Source: Deinococcales bacterium (GTDB lineage Bacteria > Deinococcota > Deinococci > Deinococcales > JAAFIG01). Taken from it: DNA of 64,000 nucleotides. The notes beneath the pieces are model-generated. The model had not been told where the DNA came from, made no database searches, and saw nothing but the letters and a program-made list of their open reading frames with translations. The stretch is taken from positions 148,345 to 212,344 of the forward strand of contig JANXTZ010000044.1 in assembly GCA_025352125.1 (NCBI GenBank), read 5' to 3'. Shown piece after piece: positions 36,251 through 46,023 of the stretch (position 1 is the first letter of the stretch; each line of letters begins with the position of its first letter). A program made the translations under genes and the position numbers.

Positions 36251-37408
36251 CAGCTCGAGCTTTTGTGCGGCGGCTTCAAGGGTCTTCTGGGTTTTGCAAA
36301 ACGCAAATCTAAAACCAGGAATTGCGGTTTCCCGAGTTGCAGCCGAGTAAAACACGCTCATGGGCATGGCGGCAAGTTTGAACTCTGCAATGATGCGTTT
36401 CGAGAATTCTGTGGCATTGTCCGTGAATCTCGAGGCGTCAGCAACGATGTAATACGCGCCTTGAGGATGCCAAACTTTAAAACCAGCACCCTCGAGCGCG
36501 GAAGCGAGAAAATCACGTTTTGCCAGGAAACTCGAGCGGAAATCTTGTTCGTAATTTTCGTTTTTCATGCGCTCGAGACACAATGCCACGGCTTCCTGCA
36601 CGGGGGTTGCCGCCGCGAAGGTCGTCCATTGCAAACCCGCCCGAATCGCGCTGGCGATGGCGGCACTCGAGACGGTCCAACCGATGCGCCAGCCTGTCAC
36701 CGAGAACATTTTCCCAGCCGAGCCAATCGTGATGGTGCGCTCGCGCATTTCTGGCAGGCTGGCAATCGAGACATGATCCACGCCGTACACCAGTCGGTCG
36801 TAAACTTCGTCACTTATCACGTAAAAATCAAACTCGAGCGCGATTTTGGCAATTTGCGCAAGTTCGGAACGGGTAAAAACCTTGCCTGTGGGATTGTGCG
36901 GCGTGTTGAGCAGCATCAATTTCGTGTGGCTCGAGCAGGCGGCGCGAAGCTCCTGAAAATCGAGTTCCCACGTTGCCTCCTTGGGATGAAGCGGCACGTA
37001 AACAGGCACGCCCCCAGCCAATAAAACTTGTGGTGTGTACGTGTCAAATTGCGGCTCGAGGACAATCACCTCGTCGTCTGGCTCGAGCAGCGCCTGCATG
37101 GTGGCATGAAGCGCCTGGGTTGCCCCACAATGGATGGTCACCTCGAGCGTCGGGTCTGGGCAAAACCCCAAACTTGGCTCGAGCGTTCGTCCCAAAGCCT
37201 GTTGCAGCCGTCCGTGACCCCTCGGCGGGGCGTACTGATGCAAGTTGCTGGCGAAGGCTTCCTTGGCGGCTTGGAGCACAAAATCTGGCGGCGCGAAGTC
37301 AGGGAAACCCTGCCCAAGATTGACCGCACTGTACTGTGCGGCAAGCAAAGTCATCTCGCCAAAGGCGGACGGTAAAAAGCTCGAGTTGCGCAGCGCATAG
37401 TCTTTCAT
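36236..37408 (-). CDS. Class I/II pyridoxal-phosphate aminotransferase (YbdL/kynurenine aminotransferase-like)
   Basis: NLGQGFPDF, NTPHNPTGKV, and PLP-lysine block SAGKMFSVTGWRIGW. Confidence 0.85.
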   Translation of the reverse strand: MKDYALRNSSFLPSAFGEMTLLAAQYSAVNLGQGFPDFAPPDFVLQAAKEAFASNLHQYAPPRGHGRLQQALGRTLEPSLGFCPDPTLEVTIHCGATQALHATMQALLEPDDEVIVLEPQFDTYTPQVLLAGGVPVYVPLHPKEATWELDFQELRAACSSHTKLMLLNTPHNPTGKVFTRSELAQIAKIALEFDFYVISDEVYDRLVYGVDHVSIASLPEMRERTITIGSAGKMFSVTGWRIGWTVSSAAIASAIRAGLQWTTFAAATPVQEAVALCLERMKNENYEQDFRSSFLAKRDFLASALEGAGFKVWHPQGAYYIVADASRFTDNATEFSKRIIAEFKLAAMPMSVFYSAATRETAIPGFRFAFCKTQKTLEAAAQKLELLNLS

Positions 37409-37448
37409 CTCGAGCTTTTATCATACCGAGAATGTTGTGGTGATCTGC

Positions 37449-38414
37449 TTACAATGCCAGAACTTTCGCCATCAAACGCATTTTCTGGTTGACATCCTTG
37501 CGTTTTTCCCAGGTTTCCTGAAGCGGCGTGAAATGAATCTCGTCAGCCACCACGCCCGCCATCAAATCGGTTTTGCCCTCCATCAGCGCCTCAACCGCCG
37601 CAAACCCCAGCCTCGAGGCGAGAATACGGTCTGCCGCCGTCGGGCTGCCGCCGCGTTGCACATGCCCCAGAATGCTGGCTCGAGCGTCCAGACCTGTCGC
37701 CTTGGAGACGGCTTCCATGACTTTCAAACCGCCACCCTCAAAGCCTTCAGCCACCACGATGATGCTCGAGGCTTTGCCTTTTAAGGCGCTTTGACGCACG
37801 GTTTCGATGACCTGATCGAGGTGTTCGGGTTGCTCGGGAATCAGTATTTCTTCCGCGCCGCCAGCAATGCCGACGCTGAGGGCGATAAAACCGGCGTGAC
37901 GCCCCATGACCTCGATAAAAAACAGGCGTTCGTGGCTGGCTGCCGTGTCCCTGATGCGGTCTATCGCCGCGAGGGCAGTGTTGAGCGCCGTGTCGTAACC
38001 AATCGTGAAATCTGTGCCGTACAGGTCATTGTCGATTGTTCCAGGCACACCCATCACCTTGATGCCGTGCTCTTGACAGAGGTAATGCGCCCCGTGAAAC
38101 GAACCGTCACCACCGATCACGACCAAGCCTTCAATGCCAGCCTCTTCAAGCTTTGCCGCAGCCTGTGCACGACCTTCGGGCTCAAAGAAGGCTTTGCAAC
38201 GTGCCGTCAGCAACACGGTTCCGCCGCGTTGGATGGTGTTGGCAACATCTCGAGGACCCATTTTGATGAAGTCGCCGTCGATCATGCCCGCAAACCCGCG
38301 TTTGACGCCGATGACTTCGAGTTCGTGCGCGGTTGAGGTGCGAACCACCGCACGGATGGCGGCATTCATGCCTGGGGCATCGCCGCCAGAGGTGAGTACA
38401 CCGATTCGTTTCAT
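37449..38414 (-). CDS. pfkA: ATP-dependent 6-phosphofructokinase
   Basis: [36 protein letters not shown] motifs. Confidence 0.95.
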   Translation of the reverse strand: MKRIGVLTSGGDAPGMNAAIRAVVRTSTAHELEVIGVKRGFAGMIDGDFIKMGPRDVANTIQRGGTVLLTARCKAFFEPEGRAQAAAKLEEAGIEGLVVIGGDGSFHGAHYLCQEHGIKVMGVPGTIDNDLYGTDFTIGYDTALNTALAAIDRIRDTAASHERLFFIEVMGRHAGFIALSVGIAGGAEEILIPEQPEHLDQVIETVRQSALKGKASSIIVVAEGFEGGGLKVMEAVSKATGLDARASILGHVQRGGSPTAADRILASRLGFAAVEALMEGKTDLMAGVVADEIHFTPLQETWEKRKDVNQKMRLMAKVLAL

Positions 38415-38455
38415 ACGTCCCTCTGATCGTGTTTCATATTTCCCCCTCGAACAAA

Positions 38456-39304
38456 TTATTCTTGATTGATGCTCGAGATTGCCTCGAGCGCGATTTCATA
38501 GGCTTTGTTGCGATCTAAACCCAAATTCTGAAGTATTTCTCGGATATCCCTGGCGGTTTTTCCCTCTCGAGCCTGTTCTAAAGCTTTGGTTTCAAAACTG
38601 GTGTGGTCTGGGATGGCGGTGTTCGGTGGAAGTCCTGCAACAACGATCACAATTTCACCACGAATCTGCCCCTGTTGGAAGTGGTCAAACGTTTGTTCGA
38701 GGCTGCCCCGAAAGACTTCCTCGTGTAACTTGGTCAGTTCCCGCACCACCGCACAACCTCGAGTGACCCCACAAGCTTGCCCCAAATCTGTCAGGGTTTC
38801 GAGAAGACGGTGCGGACTTTCGTAAATCGCACTGGTGATGCTCGAGTTGGCAATTTCCGCAATTCGTTCACGACGCTCGCGCCCAGAACGCGGCAGAAAC
38901 CCGTGATACGAAAACCGAGCGGTGGACAAACCCGACAACACCAGCGCCGGTACAAGTGCTGTCGCTCCAGGCAGTGCCTCGATTTTGTATCCCAAAGTGA
39001 TCGCCACCGCCACCAACTCCGCGCCAGGGTCGGACAGACCAGGCGTTCCCGCATCGCTGACAAACGCCAAACGCGGGTATTTGCCCAAGACATACGCCGC
39101 CCGAGCATTCATGGTGTGCGCGTCAAGGCGCTCGAGGGGCTTGTTGATGCCAAAATGCGTCAATAACCTTCTCGAGTGCCTGGTGTCCTCGCAGGCGATG
39201 GCATCCACGGATTTTAAAACCTCGAGCGCCCGAAGCGTGATGTCGCCCAAATTGCCAATCGGGGTTGGGACAAGATAAACAATGCCATTCGGGGGTTCAG
39301 TCAT
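38456..39304 (-). CDS. rsmI: 16S rRNA (cytidine1402-2'-O)-methyltransferase
   Basis: [27 protein letters not shown] and [12 protein letters not shown] are tetrapyrrole-methylase-fold RsmI motifs. Confidence 0.9.
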   Translation of the reverse strand: MTEPPNGIVYLVPTPIGNLGDITLRALEVLKSVDAIACEDTRHSRRLLTHFGINKPLERLDAHTMNARAAYVLGKYPRLAFVSDAGTPGLSDPGAELVAVAITLGYKIEALPGATALVPALVLSGLSTARFSYHGFLPRSGRERRERIAEIANSSITSAIYESPHRLLETLTDLGQACGVTRGCAVVRELTKLHEEVFRGSLEQTFDHFQQGQIRGEIVIVVAGLPPNTAIPDHTSFETKALEQAREGKTARDIREILQNLGLDRNKAYEIALEAISSINQE

Positions 39305-39421
39305 GACGGAATCCAGAAACCATCAAGAATATTTTGGGGATTTGAAGGGGCGCAGCATGACTGAAAGCGCAGCAAGCAGCGCCCCTACGAAATTTTTGGT
39401 GCATGAGCATCGCAATTGGTC

Positions 39422-39781
39422 TCATAAAAATTTTTGCACCAACATCGTCAAACGCATCGGCATTTTAAACGTCCCATCTTCAGATGGTGGAAAATCGAGC
39501 ACCATCATGACCGCCTCGAGATTGAGTGCACCCAAAATATGCGGGAACAATTCACCCGTCTTGTAGAGATCGGCGTCAAAAATGCTCGAGCGAATCCTGG
39601 CACGGTGCAAAACCAATAACAGCAAATCGTCACGTCCGGCAAAGGAATTATTGCCAACCTTCAAAACCTGTTCGGGTTTCAAAAGGTGAACAAAACCATC
39701 ATCCTCGAGTTCGCCGTGAAAGACGCCCAAGGTTTTGGCTTGTTCCCAACTGGCTTTGTCGGTCATCCGAACGAGTATCAC
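39422..39781 (-). CDS. DUF952 family protein
   Basis: The W.......G.......DGF.HL....Q pattern (ASWEQAKTLGVFHGELEDDGFVHLLKPEQV) and the ~119-aa size fit DUF952. Confidence 0.7.
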   Translation of the reverse strand: MILVRMTDKASWEQAKTLGVFHGELEDDGFVHLLKPEQVLKVGNNSFAGRDDLLLLVLHRARIRSSIFDADLYKTGELFPHILGALNLEAVMMVLDFPPSEDGTFKMPMRLTMLVQKFL

Positions 39782-39793
39782 AGCGCTTGCATC

Positions 39794-41326
39794 TTAAGCT
39801 TGCTCTTCGCTCGAGGTTGCGGTTTTTTCAGGTTTCAACAGCGGGAATAACAACACATCACGAATGCTGACACGGTTGGTCAAGAGCATCACCAGACGGT
39901 CAATGCCGATGCCAATACCAGCCGCTGGCGGCATCCCGTACTCGAGCGAAACCAAAAAATCCTCGTCTTGTTCGTGTGCCTCATCGTCGCCAGCGTCGCG
40001 TCGGGCGCTCTGGGCTTCAAATCTGGCGCGTTGTTCGCTTGCATCGTTTAACTCGCTGTACGCATTTGCGACTTCAAAACCAGCCACATACAACTCGAAA
40101 CGCTCGGTTAAACCAGGCTTTAAACGGTGAGGCTTGGTCAGTGGACTGATTGCCAGCGGATGGTCCATGACAAACGTTGGGTTGATTAATAACGGTTCGA
40201 CGTACTCGCCAAACAACTTGTCCAGCAACTTGTAATCTGGCAAAGTCTTCCACTGTGGGTAACGCGCATCGCAGAAGGCACGCAACTTTGAAAGCTCGAG
40301 CGGGTCAAAATCCAAATCTGGCACGTGCTTTTTTAAGCCTTCAACGTAATCAATCTCATCAAACGGCGCACCAAAATCGAGCGTCTGCCCCTCAAACTCG
40401 AGCTTCGTGCCGCCTGAAATCTCAAGCGCCAACCCACGAAACAAATCCTCGGTCATTCGCGCCATGTCTCGGTAATCTGCATACGCCCAGTACAACTCGA
40501 GCATCGTAAACTCTGGATTGTGGGTTAAATCGATGCCCTCGTTGCGGTAGACGCGTCCAATCTCGAACACGCGCTCAAAACCACCAACCAGCAAACGCTT
40601 CAAATGAAGCTCGAGCGCAATTCGCAAGTTAAAGGTGTGACCCAGCGCGTTGTGATGCGTCTTGAAAGGCTTGGCTTCCGTGCCGCCCGCTATCGCTTGC
40701 AGCGTCGGACCCTCAACTTCCATAAAATCTCGAGCCTCATAAAAATTCCTGATGAACCTTAACGTCTTGGAACGCGCCTTGAAGACCGCTCGAGATGCTG
40801 GGTTGACAATCAAATCCAGATAGCGCTGCCGATACCGCGTTTCGACATCCGTCAAGCCGTAATAATCGCTCGGCAATGGATGCAGGGACTTCACGAGCGG
40901 TGTGAAACTGGTCGCCTTGATCGACAATTCACCCGTTTTGGTCGTGATCAAATGCCCAGACACGCCAACAATATCGCCCAGATCAATCTTTTTTGCCGCG
41001 TCAAAATGCTCGAGTTCGTTTTTGGACATGAACAACTGAATTCGTCCAGTCTCGTCCTGCAAGCTGGCAAAAATCAGTTTGCCAATGTCGCGCCACGCCA
41101 TGACGCGCCCCGCCACGCTGACTTTTTCCGCCAGCCATTCCTGTCCAGGCTCGAGCGGCGCGGGATGCAATTTGTGCAACTGCTCCGCATGATGCGTTTG
41201 GTTGAAACTGTACGGAAAGCGTTCAAAACCCGCCGCAACAATCGCATCCGCGTTCTTCAACCGCGCAATGGTTTGTTCATGAAGGCTGATCTCGAGGTCG
41301 GGCGGTTGGGTGGTTGGGTTGCTCAC
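39794..41326 (-). CDS. lysS: Lysine--tRNA ligase (class II)
   Basis: OB anticodon-binding domain plus class II motifs ([27 protein letters not shown]). Confidence 0.95.
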   Translation of the reverse strand: MSNPTTQPPDLEISLHEQTIARLKNADAIVAAGFERFPYSFNQTHHAEQLHKLHPAPLEPGQEWLAEKVSVAGRVMAWRDIGKLIFASLQDETGRIQLFMSKNELEHFDAAKKIDLGDIVGVSGHLITTKTGELSIKATSFTPLVKSLHPLPSDYYGLTDVETRYRQRYLDLIVNPASRAVFKARSKTLRFIRNFYEARDFMEVEGPTLQAIAGGTEAKPFKTHHNALGHTFNLRIALELHLKRLLVGGFERVFEIGRVYRNEGIDLTHNPEFTMLELYWAYADYRDMARMTEDLFRGLALEISGGTKLEFEGQTLDFGAPFDEIDYVEGLKKHVPDLDFDPLELSKLRAFCDARYPQWKTLPDYKLLDKLFGEYVEPLLINPTFVMDHPLAISPLTKPHRLKPGLTERFELYVAGFEVANAYSELNDASEQRARFEAQSARRDAGDDEAHEQDEDFLVSLEYGMPPAAGIGIGIDRLVMLLTNRVSIRDVLLFPLLKPEKTATSSEEQA

Positions 41327-41448
41327 AGGTTTGCTCCTTGATGCTCAATTCCCCGTTCGGGGGAAGGGTGAACACGAGGTTCACCCCTACAAAAAACCTT
41401 TATGATGCTCGAGGTTTGGCTAATCACTTTCTGCATCATTACATTTCC

Positions 41449-41479
41449 AAAAAAATGGGGCGCTCACCTGGAGCGCCCC
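41449..41479 (-). terminator. Rho-independent terminator of greA
   Basis: The minus strand reads GGGGCGCTC-caggt-GAGCGCCCC followed by ATTTTTTT, 17 nt after the greA stop. Confidence 0.8.
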
Positions 41480-41495
41480 AAAACGCAGCCACTCC

Positions 41496-41966
41496 CTAAC
41501 GTATCTCGAGCACTTTGTATTTCAACTGGTTTTTCTCGAGGTCAACAATAAACATTTCATTTTTCTTCTTGCCAATCAATTTTGTCCCGAGTGGGCTGTC
41601 GTCCGAAACTTTGCGAATGCCACCCAGCACCGTGGCTTCCGCGCCACTGACCAGTTGCACCTCGAGTTCACGCCCAGATTTTTGCTCGATCAACTTGATG
41701 ATGCTGCCCAGTTCGACGTTCGTGCCGCCCTCCTTGTGGGCAATAATCACGGCTCGAGTCAACATGTCCTCGAGTTCGTCGATGCGCATGGCGATATTGA
41801 GTTTTTCACGTTTGGCATCTTCAACGCCCGAATCGTCAAAATCGTCGCTCGAACCTGTTTGTTCTTGCAAAATTCCTGTGGCGTTGCCAAGGCGCTGCTG
41901 TTCGATTTCCAGTTGTTTCTGAAGGCGTTCAAAACCTTCTTGGGTGAGTTTTACTTCTCGAGCCAT
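41496..41966 (-). CDS. greA: Transcription elongation factor GreA
   Basis: N-terminal coiled coil (LTQEGFERLQKQLE) and C-terminal FKBP-like domain (SDDSPLGTKLIGKKKNE). Confidence 0.9.
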   Translation of the reverse strand: MAREVKLTQEGFERLQKQLEIEQQRLGNATGILQEQTGSSDDFDDSGVEDAKREKLNIAMRIDELEDMLTRAVIIAHKEGGTNVELGSIIKLIEQKSGRELEVQLVSGAEATVLGGIRKVSDDSPLGTKLIGKKKNEMFIVDLEKNQLKYKVLEIR

Positions 41967-42166
41967 GTCACTGATCCCCCGTAAGATTTTGAAACTTTAC
42001 CAAATTTATTCAAAAAACGGTATGCACCCCAGTTTAAGCTGGGTCAATACCGCTTGCCGAGTCGCGGGTACAGGTGTACACTTTTACGGCTGCCCTGAAA
42101 CAGGGTGATGCCGGAGTGAACTCGGGGGTGAGTATACCGCGTTCCGCCTGCGGCGAAAGGAATCAC

Positions 42167-42874
42167 ATGGCAACAGTTAACCGAGGCGCGATTTTAAAAA
42201 GCGTCGAACAATCTCACTTGCGCTCTGACATCCCAGATTTTCGTCCGGGCGATACCGTTCGCGTCGATTACAAAGTCACCGAAGGTACCCGCACCCGCGT
42301 TCAAGCTTTCGAGGGCGTCGTCATCGCCATCAACCACGGTGGCACCGCCAAAAGCTTCACCGTGCGCAAAATTGCTTTCAACGAAGGCGTCGAACGTATT
42401 TTCCCGTACAACACCCCTCTCATTGACAAGGTTACGGTGCTCGAGCGCGGTAAGGTTCGCCGCGCCAAGTTGTACTACCTGCGTGAACTGCGTGGCAAAG
42501 CCGCCAAGATCAAAACAGATCGCGGTCGCATGATGAAAGTCCAAGCCGCCACCGCTGCCAGCAAAGCCAGCGCCGTGGCTGCCGCCGCCGTTGCCGTGAC
42601 AACCTCGAGCAACGCCGTTCTGACTGAAGACCTCAAACGCATCGAAGGCATCGGACCAAAAATCAATGACGCCCTGATCGCCGCCGGAATCACCACCTAC
42701 GCTCAACTTGCCGCCAGCAACGAGGACAGCCTGAAAGCGGCACTCGAGATTGACGACATGAACGCCCACCCAAGCATGGGATCGTGGGCTGCACAAGCCG
42801 AACTTCTTGCCAAAGGTGACGAGGAAGGCTTCAAAGCACTGACCGACAGCTTGAACGCTGGTCGCGCAGAGTAA
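42167..42874 (+). CDS. rplS: 50S ribosomal protein L19 with ~110-aa C-terminal extension (Ala-rich linker + helix-hairpin-helix-like domain)
   Basis: ATG at 42167 with GAAAGGA upstream. L19 core is [29 protein letters not shown]...FTVRK. The extension contains [27 protein letters not shown]. Confidence 0.85.
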   Translation: MATVNRGAILKSVEQSHLRSDIPDFRPGDTVRVDYKVTEGTRTRVQAFEGVVIAINHGGTAKSFTVRKIAFNEGVERIFPYNTPLIDKVTVLERGKVRRAKLYYLRELRGKAAKIKTDRGRMMKVQAATAASKASAVAAAAVAVTTSSNAVLTEDLKRIEGIGPKINDALIAAGITTYAQLAASNEDSLKAALEIDDMNAHPSMGSWAAQAELLAKGDEEGFKALTDSLNAGRAE

Positions 42875-42894
42875 ATTAAGCTCGAGAAAACTTG

Positions 42895-42924
42895 CAGGGC
42901 GAGCGAAGGCTTGCCCTGTTTTTT
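42895..42924 (+). terminator. Rho-independent terminator of rplS
   Basis: CAGGGC-gagcgaaggctt-GCCCTG followed by TTTTTT. Confidence 0.75.
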
Positions 42925-43001
42925 GTATGAAAGCTCGAGGTTCAACTCGTTGAAATAGATGTACAAGGAACAGCAATTGCTCTGGCTACCCTCATCCCCA
43001 G

Positions 43002-43063
43002 CCCTTCTCCCGTCTTGACCATAAAACGCACCTGCGGGCATGGTCGCAACATCGGGAGAAGGG
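43002..43063. repeat. Composite hairpin: 11-bp perfect stem (CCCTTCTCCCG/CGGGAGAAGGG) whose loop carries one copy of the 37-nt repeat (43013-43049)
   Basis: Read directly. The inner sequence TCTTGACCATAAAACGCACCTGCGGGCATGGTCGC matches the tRNA-insert copies. Confidence 0.8.
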
Positions 43064-43130
43064 AGCTTTGATCTTTTATAAGTGTGACTCGAAGTATTTC
43101 CTTCTTCCAAATATTACGCCCTCACAAAAA

Positions 43131-43757
43131 TCACAAGGCTTGCAACACCCGTTGCTCAAGCGAATTCAAAACTTTCACCACCCGTGGGAACACGCCGAGC
43201 ACGTCTTGCCAGAGCGTTTTTGGGACAACCTCGAGCGCTGGTGTTCCCCAATCTGGCGTGGCATCCCACCATTCGCCGCGCAAAACCCAGGTGTTGTTGT
43301 GCTGATATGCCAGTCCAAATGCTGCGCCCAAACCGCGCAATTCCTCAAAACCAGCCTCGAGATTCGTGATTTCTCGCTCGAGCCGCGTGATTTTGGGTTT
43401 TGGACGAAGACGCAAGGTCAGCGTCTCGAGTTTGATGGGTTGCGTCAAACTTGGGTCTGACCCAACCACCAAACGCACCAAGTCATAGCCCGAAACGTTT
43501 TTGACCACACGCCCTCCCGCTTGGACAGCGCCAGAACTCGAGGAGGTATAGGTCAAACCCAGCACGTCCTTGCGAACGGCGGGTGCAGCCAACAAACCCA
43601 CGCCGCCCGAGAGCACCCAATTTTGAAGCGTCAAATCAATCAATGGGGCACGGTAATGCAAATTCTCGGGCAGTGCCGCCTCGAGTTGGGCAAGGCTGGT
43701 GCTGGCGGGAACGGTCACATACTGGTCGGAAGCATGAATCTCGAGCGACATGAACAA
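43131..43757 (-). CDS. FAD-binding (PCMH-type, GlcE-like) domain protein, short
   Basis: GGRVVKNVSGYDLVRLVVGS resembles the GlcE/FAD_binding_4 block. At 208 aa it is shorter than typical GlcE. Confidence 0.5.
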   Translation of the reverse strand: MFMSLEIHASDQYVTVPASTSLAQLEAALPENLHYRAPLIDLTLQNWVLSGGVGLLAAPAVRKDVLGLTYTSSSSGAVQAGGRVVKNVSGYDLVRLVVGSDPSLTQPIKLETLTLRLRPKPKITRLEREITNLEAGFEELRGLGAAFGLAYQHNNTWVLRGEWWDATPDWGTPALEVVPKTLWQDVLGVFPRVVKVLNSLEQRVLQAL

Positions 43758-43767
43758 AGTTTACCCG

Positions 43768-45258
43768 CTAGAGGAGATTCACCCAAACGGTTTTCAGTTC
43801 CGTATACGTTGCTAACGCCGCCGAACCCATCTCACGCCCAATGCCACTGCTTTTAAAGCCGCCCCAGGGCAGTGCCGCGTCCAGCATTCCGTAACCGTTG
43901 ATCCAGACGCTGCCAGCTTTCAAAGCGTGCGCCAATCGAATGCCCTGTCGCACGTCTGAAGTCCAGATGCCCGCCCCCAAACCGTACTGACTCGAGTTGG
44001 CACGGTGGGTCAAGTCTTCAATGCCATCAAACTCGAGGACGGTCAGCACGGGTCCAAAAATTTCTTCGCGGGCAATCTCGAGGTCATCTTTGCCCAAAAA
44101 AATCGTGGGGTTGACGTAAAACCCTGGTAAGTCGGTGTTTCTCGAGCCTCCCGTAATCAGTTCGGCATGTTGATTGCCACGCTCCACAAAACCCATCACG
44201 CGGTCTTGATGCAGGCTCGAGACCATTGGACCCATCTGTGAGGTTGGGTCAAGCCCAAAACCTTGCACAATGCTTTCGGCTCGAGATTTTAAAGCAGTCA
44301 CGATTTCTGAACGCAAGTGCTTTGGCACGAACAACCTCGAGCCTGCCACGCACGCCTCGCCCTGATTGAAGAAAATGGCGCTCAGGCTGCCGTCAATGGC
44401 AACGTCCAAATCGGCATCGGGCAGAATAATGTTCGGGCTTTTGCCGCCAAGCTCGAGGGTCACGCGTTTAAAATTGCCGCCCGATTTTGCCAGGATTTCA
44501 CGTCCGACGCGGGTCGAACCCGTGAAGCTGATCTTGTCCACATCGTTGTGTTCGACCAGCGCGTTGCCAGCCTCCAGTCCAAGTCCAGGCAATATGTTCA
44601 CCACCCCTTGGGGGAATCCAGCCTCGAGAATCAACTCGCCCAGTTTGAGGGCGGAAAGCGGGGTCAGTTCGCTGGGTTTTAAAATCACGGTGTTGCCGCA
44701 AGCCAGCGCTGGCGCGAGTTTCCAGGCGGCGATGGCAAGCGGAAAATTCCAGGGTGTGATTGCGCCGACCACGCCAACAGGTTCGCGGCGGGTGTAGGCC
44801 AGCGCCTCGCCAGGTAAGGAAGTCGGAATGCTTTCACCCGTCAATTTTGTTGCCCAACCCGCAAAATAGCGAAAGTGATCGCTGGCAATCGGCAGGTCAA
44901 ACACATACGTTTCCATGACTGGCTTGCCCGTGTCCAGACTCTCGAGCTGCCGCAAGAAATCGGCGTTCTCATCAATCAAATCCGCCAGTTTCCACAGCAA
45001 GCGCCCGCGTTCGGCTGGGGTTGTACCGCCCCAAGTACCCTCAAGTGCCCGTCGCGCCGCAGCCACCGCCAAGTTCACATCCGCCAAATTCGCGGCGGCA
45101 ACGGTTGCGAGTTGAGCACCCGTGCAGGGATCGATGATGGTCAAGAACTTGCCGTCAACAGCCTCGAGCCACCTGCCCGCAATCAAGAGTTTTCTGGGCT
45201 GCGACAACCAGGTTTTGACTTCGGGCAGTAAGAACTCGGACTCGAGGGTTGAGGTCAT
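43768..45258 (-). CDS. NAD(P)-dependent aldehyde dehydrogenase
   Basis: FTGSTRVGR, catalytic ELGGKSP and FFNQGEACVAGSR (Cys) motifs. The ATG at 45258 (MTSTLESEF) is preferred; the track start is 45288. Confidence 0.9.
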   Translation of the reverse strand: MTSTLESEFLLPEVKTWLSQPRKLLIAGRWLEAVDGKFLTIIDPCTGAQLATVAAANLADVNLAVAAARRALEGTWGGTTPAERGRLLWKLADLIDENADFLRQLESLDTGKPVMETYVFDLPIASDHFRYFAGWATKLTGESIPTSLPGEALAYTRREPVGVVGAITPWNFPLAIAAWKLAPALACGNTVILKPSELTPLSALKLGELILEAGFPQGVVNILPGLGLEAGNALVEHNDVDKISFTGSTRVGREILAKSGGNFKRVTLELGGKSPNIILPDADLDVAIDGSLSAIFFNQGEACVAGSRLFVPKHLRSEIVTALKSRAESIVQGFGLDPTSQMGPMVSSLHQDRVMGFVERGNQHAELITGGSRNTDLPGFYVNPTIFLGKDDLEIAREEIFGPVLTVLEFDGIEDLTHRANSSQYGLGAGIWTSDVRQGIRLAHALKAGSVWINGYGMLDAALPWGGFKSSGIGREMGSAALATYTELKTVWVNLL

Positions 45259-45298
45259 GGCTTGGTTATAACCCAAATCTGAAATCAAAACCTCGAGT

Positions 45299-45910
45299 TT
45301 AAATCTTTTTGGTTTTCAACCAAGCTTTAAATTGCTTGATTTCTTTGCCTTGGTCGTTCACCACGTTCTGCCCAAACTTGCGCAACTCTGGGCGTGAAGC
45401 CCGTTTTACGGCGTCTTTGCCCATCGCCACGGCGTGTTCGTGGTGCGGAATCATGCCCTCGAGAAAACTGCGGTCTGTGGCGTGCGTCATGCCTGACATT
45501 GGGTTCATGCCAGCCATTGATGTGTCCATCATGGGTTTCATGTCGGCTTTCATCATCGCCATTTGCTTTGGGTCGGGCTTGGCGTTGTACCAAGATTTGA
45601 GCCAAGTGTTCATCAGTTTGATTTCTTTGTCCTGCGCGTTGATAATTTTTTGTGCCGCCATTTTGACATCTCGGTCTAGACAAGCCTTGATGCACATTTT
45701 TGACATGTCTACCGCCCCACGGTGATGCTCGATCATTTGAGACATCCAAGCGATGTCGTAGACTTTGCCTTTTAACTGAGCCAAGGCTTTTACCCCAGAG
45801 TCTCCCATCGTGCTCATCGTGCCCATGTTCATTTGAGCGCCGACAGAAACGGTCCATACAGCCGTGCCGAGTGTGCCAAAAAGTCCAAGTGTTAAGAATA
45901 ACTTTTTCAT
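45299..45910 (-). CDS. DUF305 family protein, secreted, Met-rich (copper-associated context)
   Basis: Signal peptide from the ATG at 45910 (MKKLFLTLGLFG...). Two DUF305 half-motifs, MIEHHRGAVDM and MIPHHEHAVAM. Met-rich stretch MAMMKADMKPMMDTSMAGMNPMSGM. Confidence 0.8.
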   Translation of the reverse strand: MKKLFLTLGLFGTLGTAVWTVSVGAQMNMGTMSTMGDSGVKALAQLKGKVYDIAWMSQMIEHHRGAVDMSKMCIKACLDRDVKMAAQKIINAQDKEIKLMNTWLKSWYNAKPDPKQMAMMKADMKPMMDTSMAGMNPMSGMTHATDRSFLEGMIPHHEHAVAMGKDAVKRASRPELRKFGQNVVNDQGKEIKQFKAWLKTKKI

Positions 45911-46023
45911 GTTTGAAACCTCGAGATCAGAAGTGTTGAAGTTCAGTTTTGACACTTCACCTTTGCAGTTGAGAATCATTTTATTCAAGTTACACCGACA
46001 GCCATTTTGCCCAGTCTTCTCCT

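Noticed and set aside
41366-41392. Hairpin GGGTGAAC-acgag-GTTCACCC in the lysS leader as a terminator or riboswitch
   Set aside because: On the transcribed (minus) strand, the T-run precedes rather than follows the stem. No known lysS leader motif (for example a T-box) is recognisable by eye. It is left unassigned.
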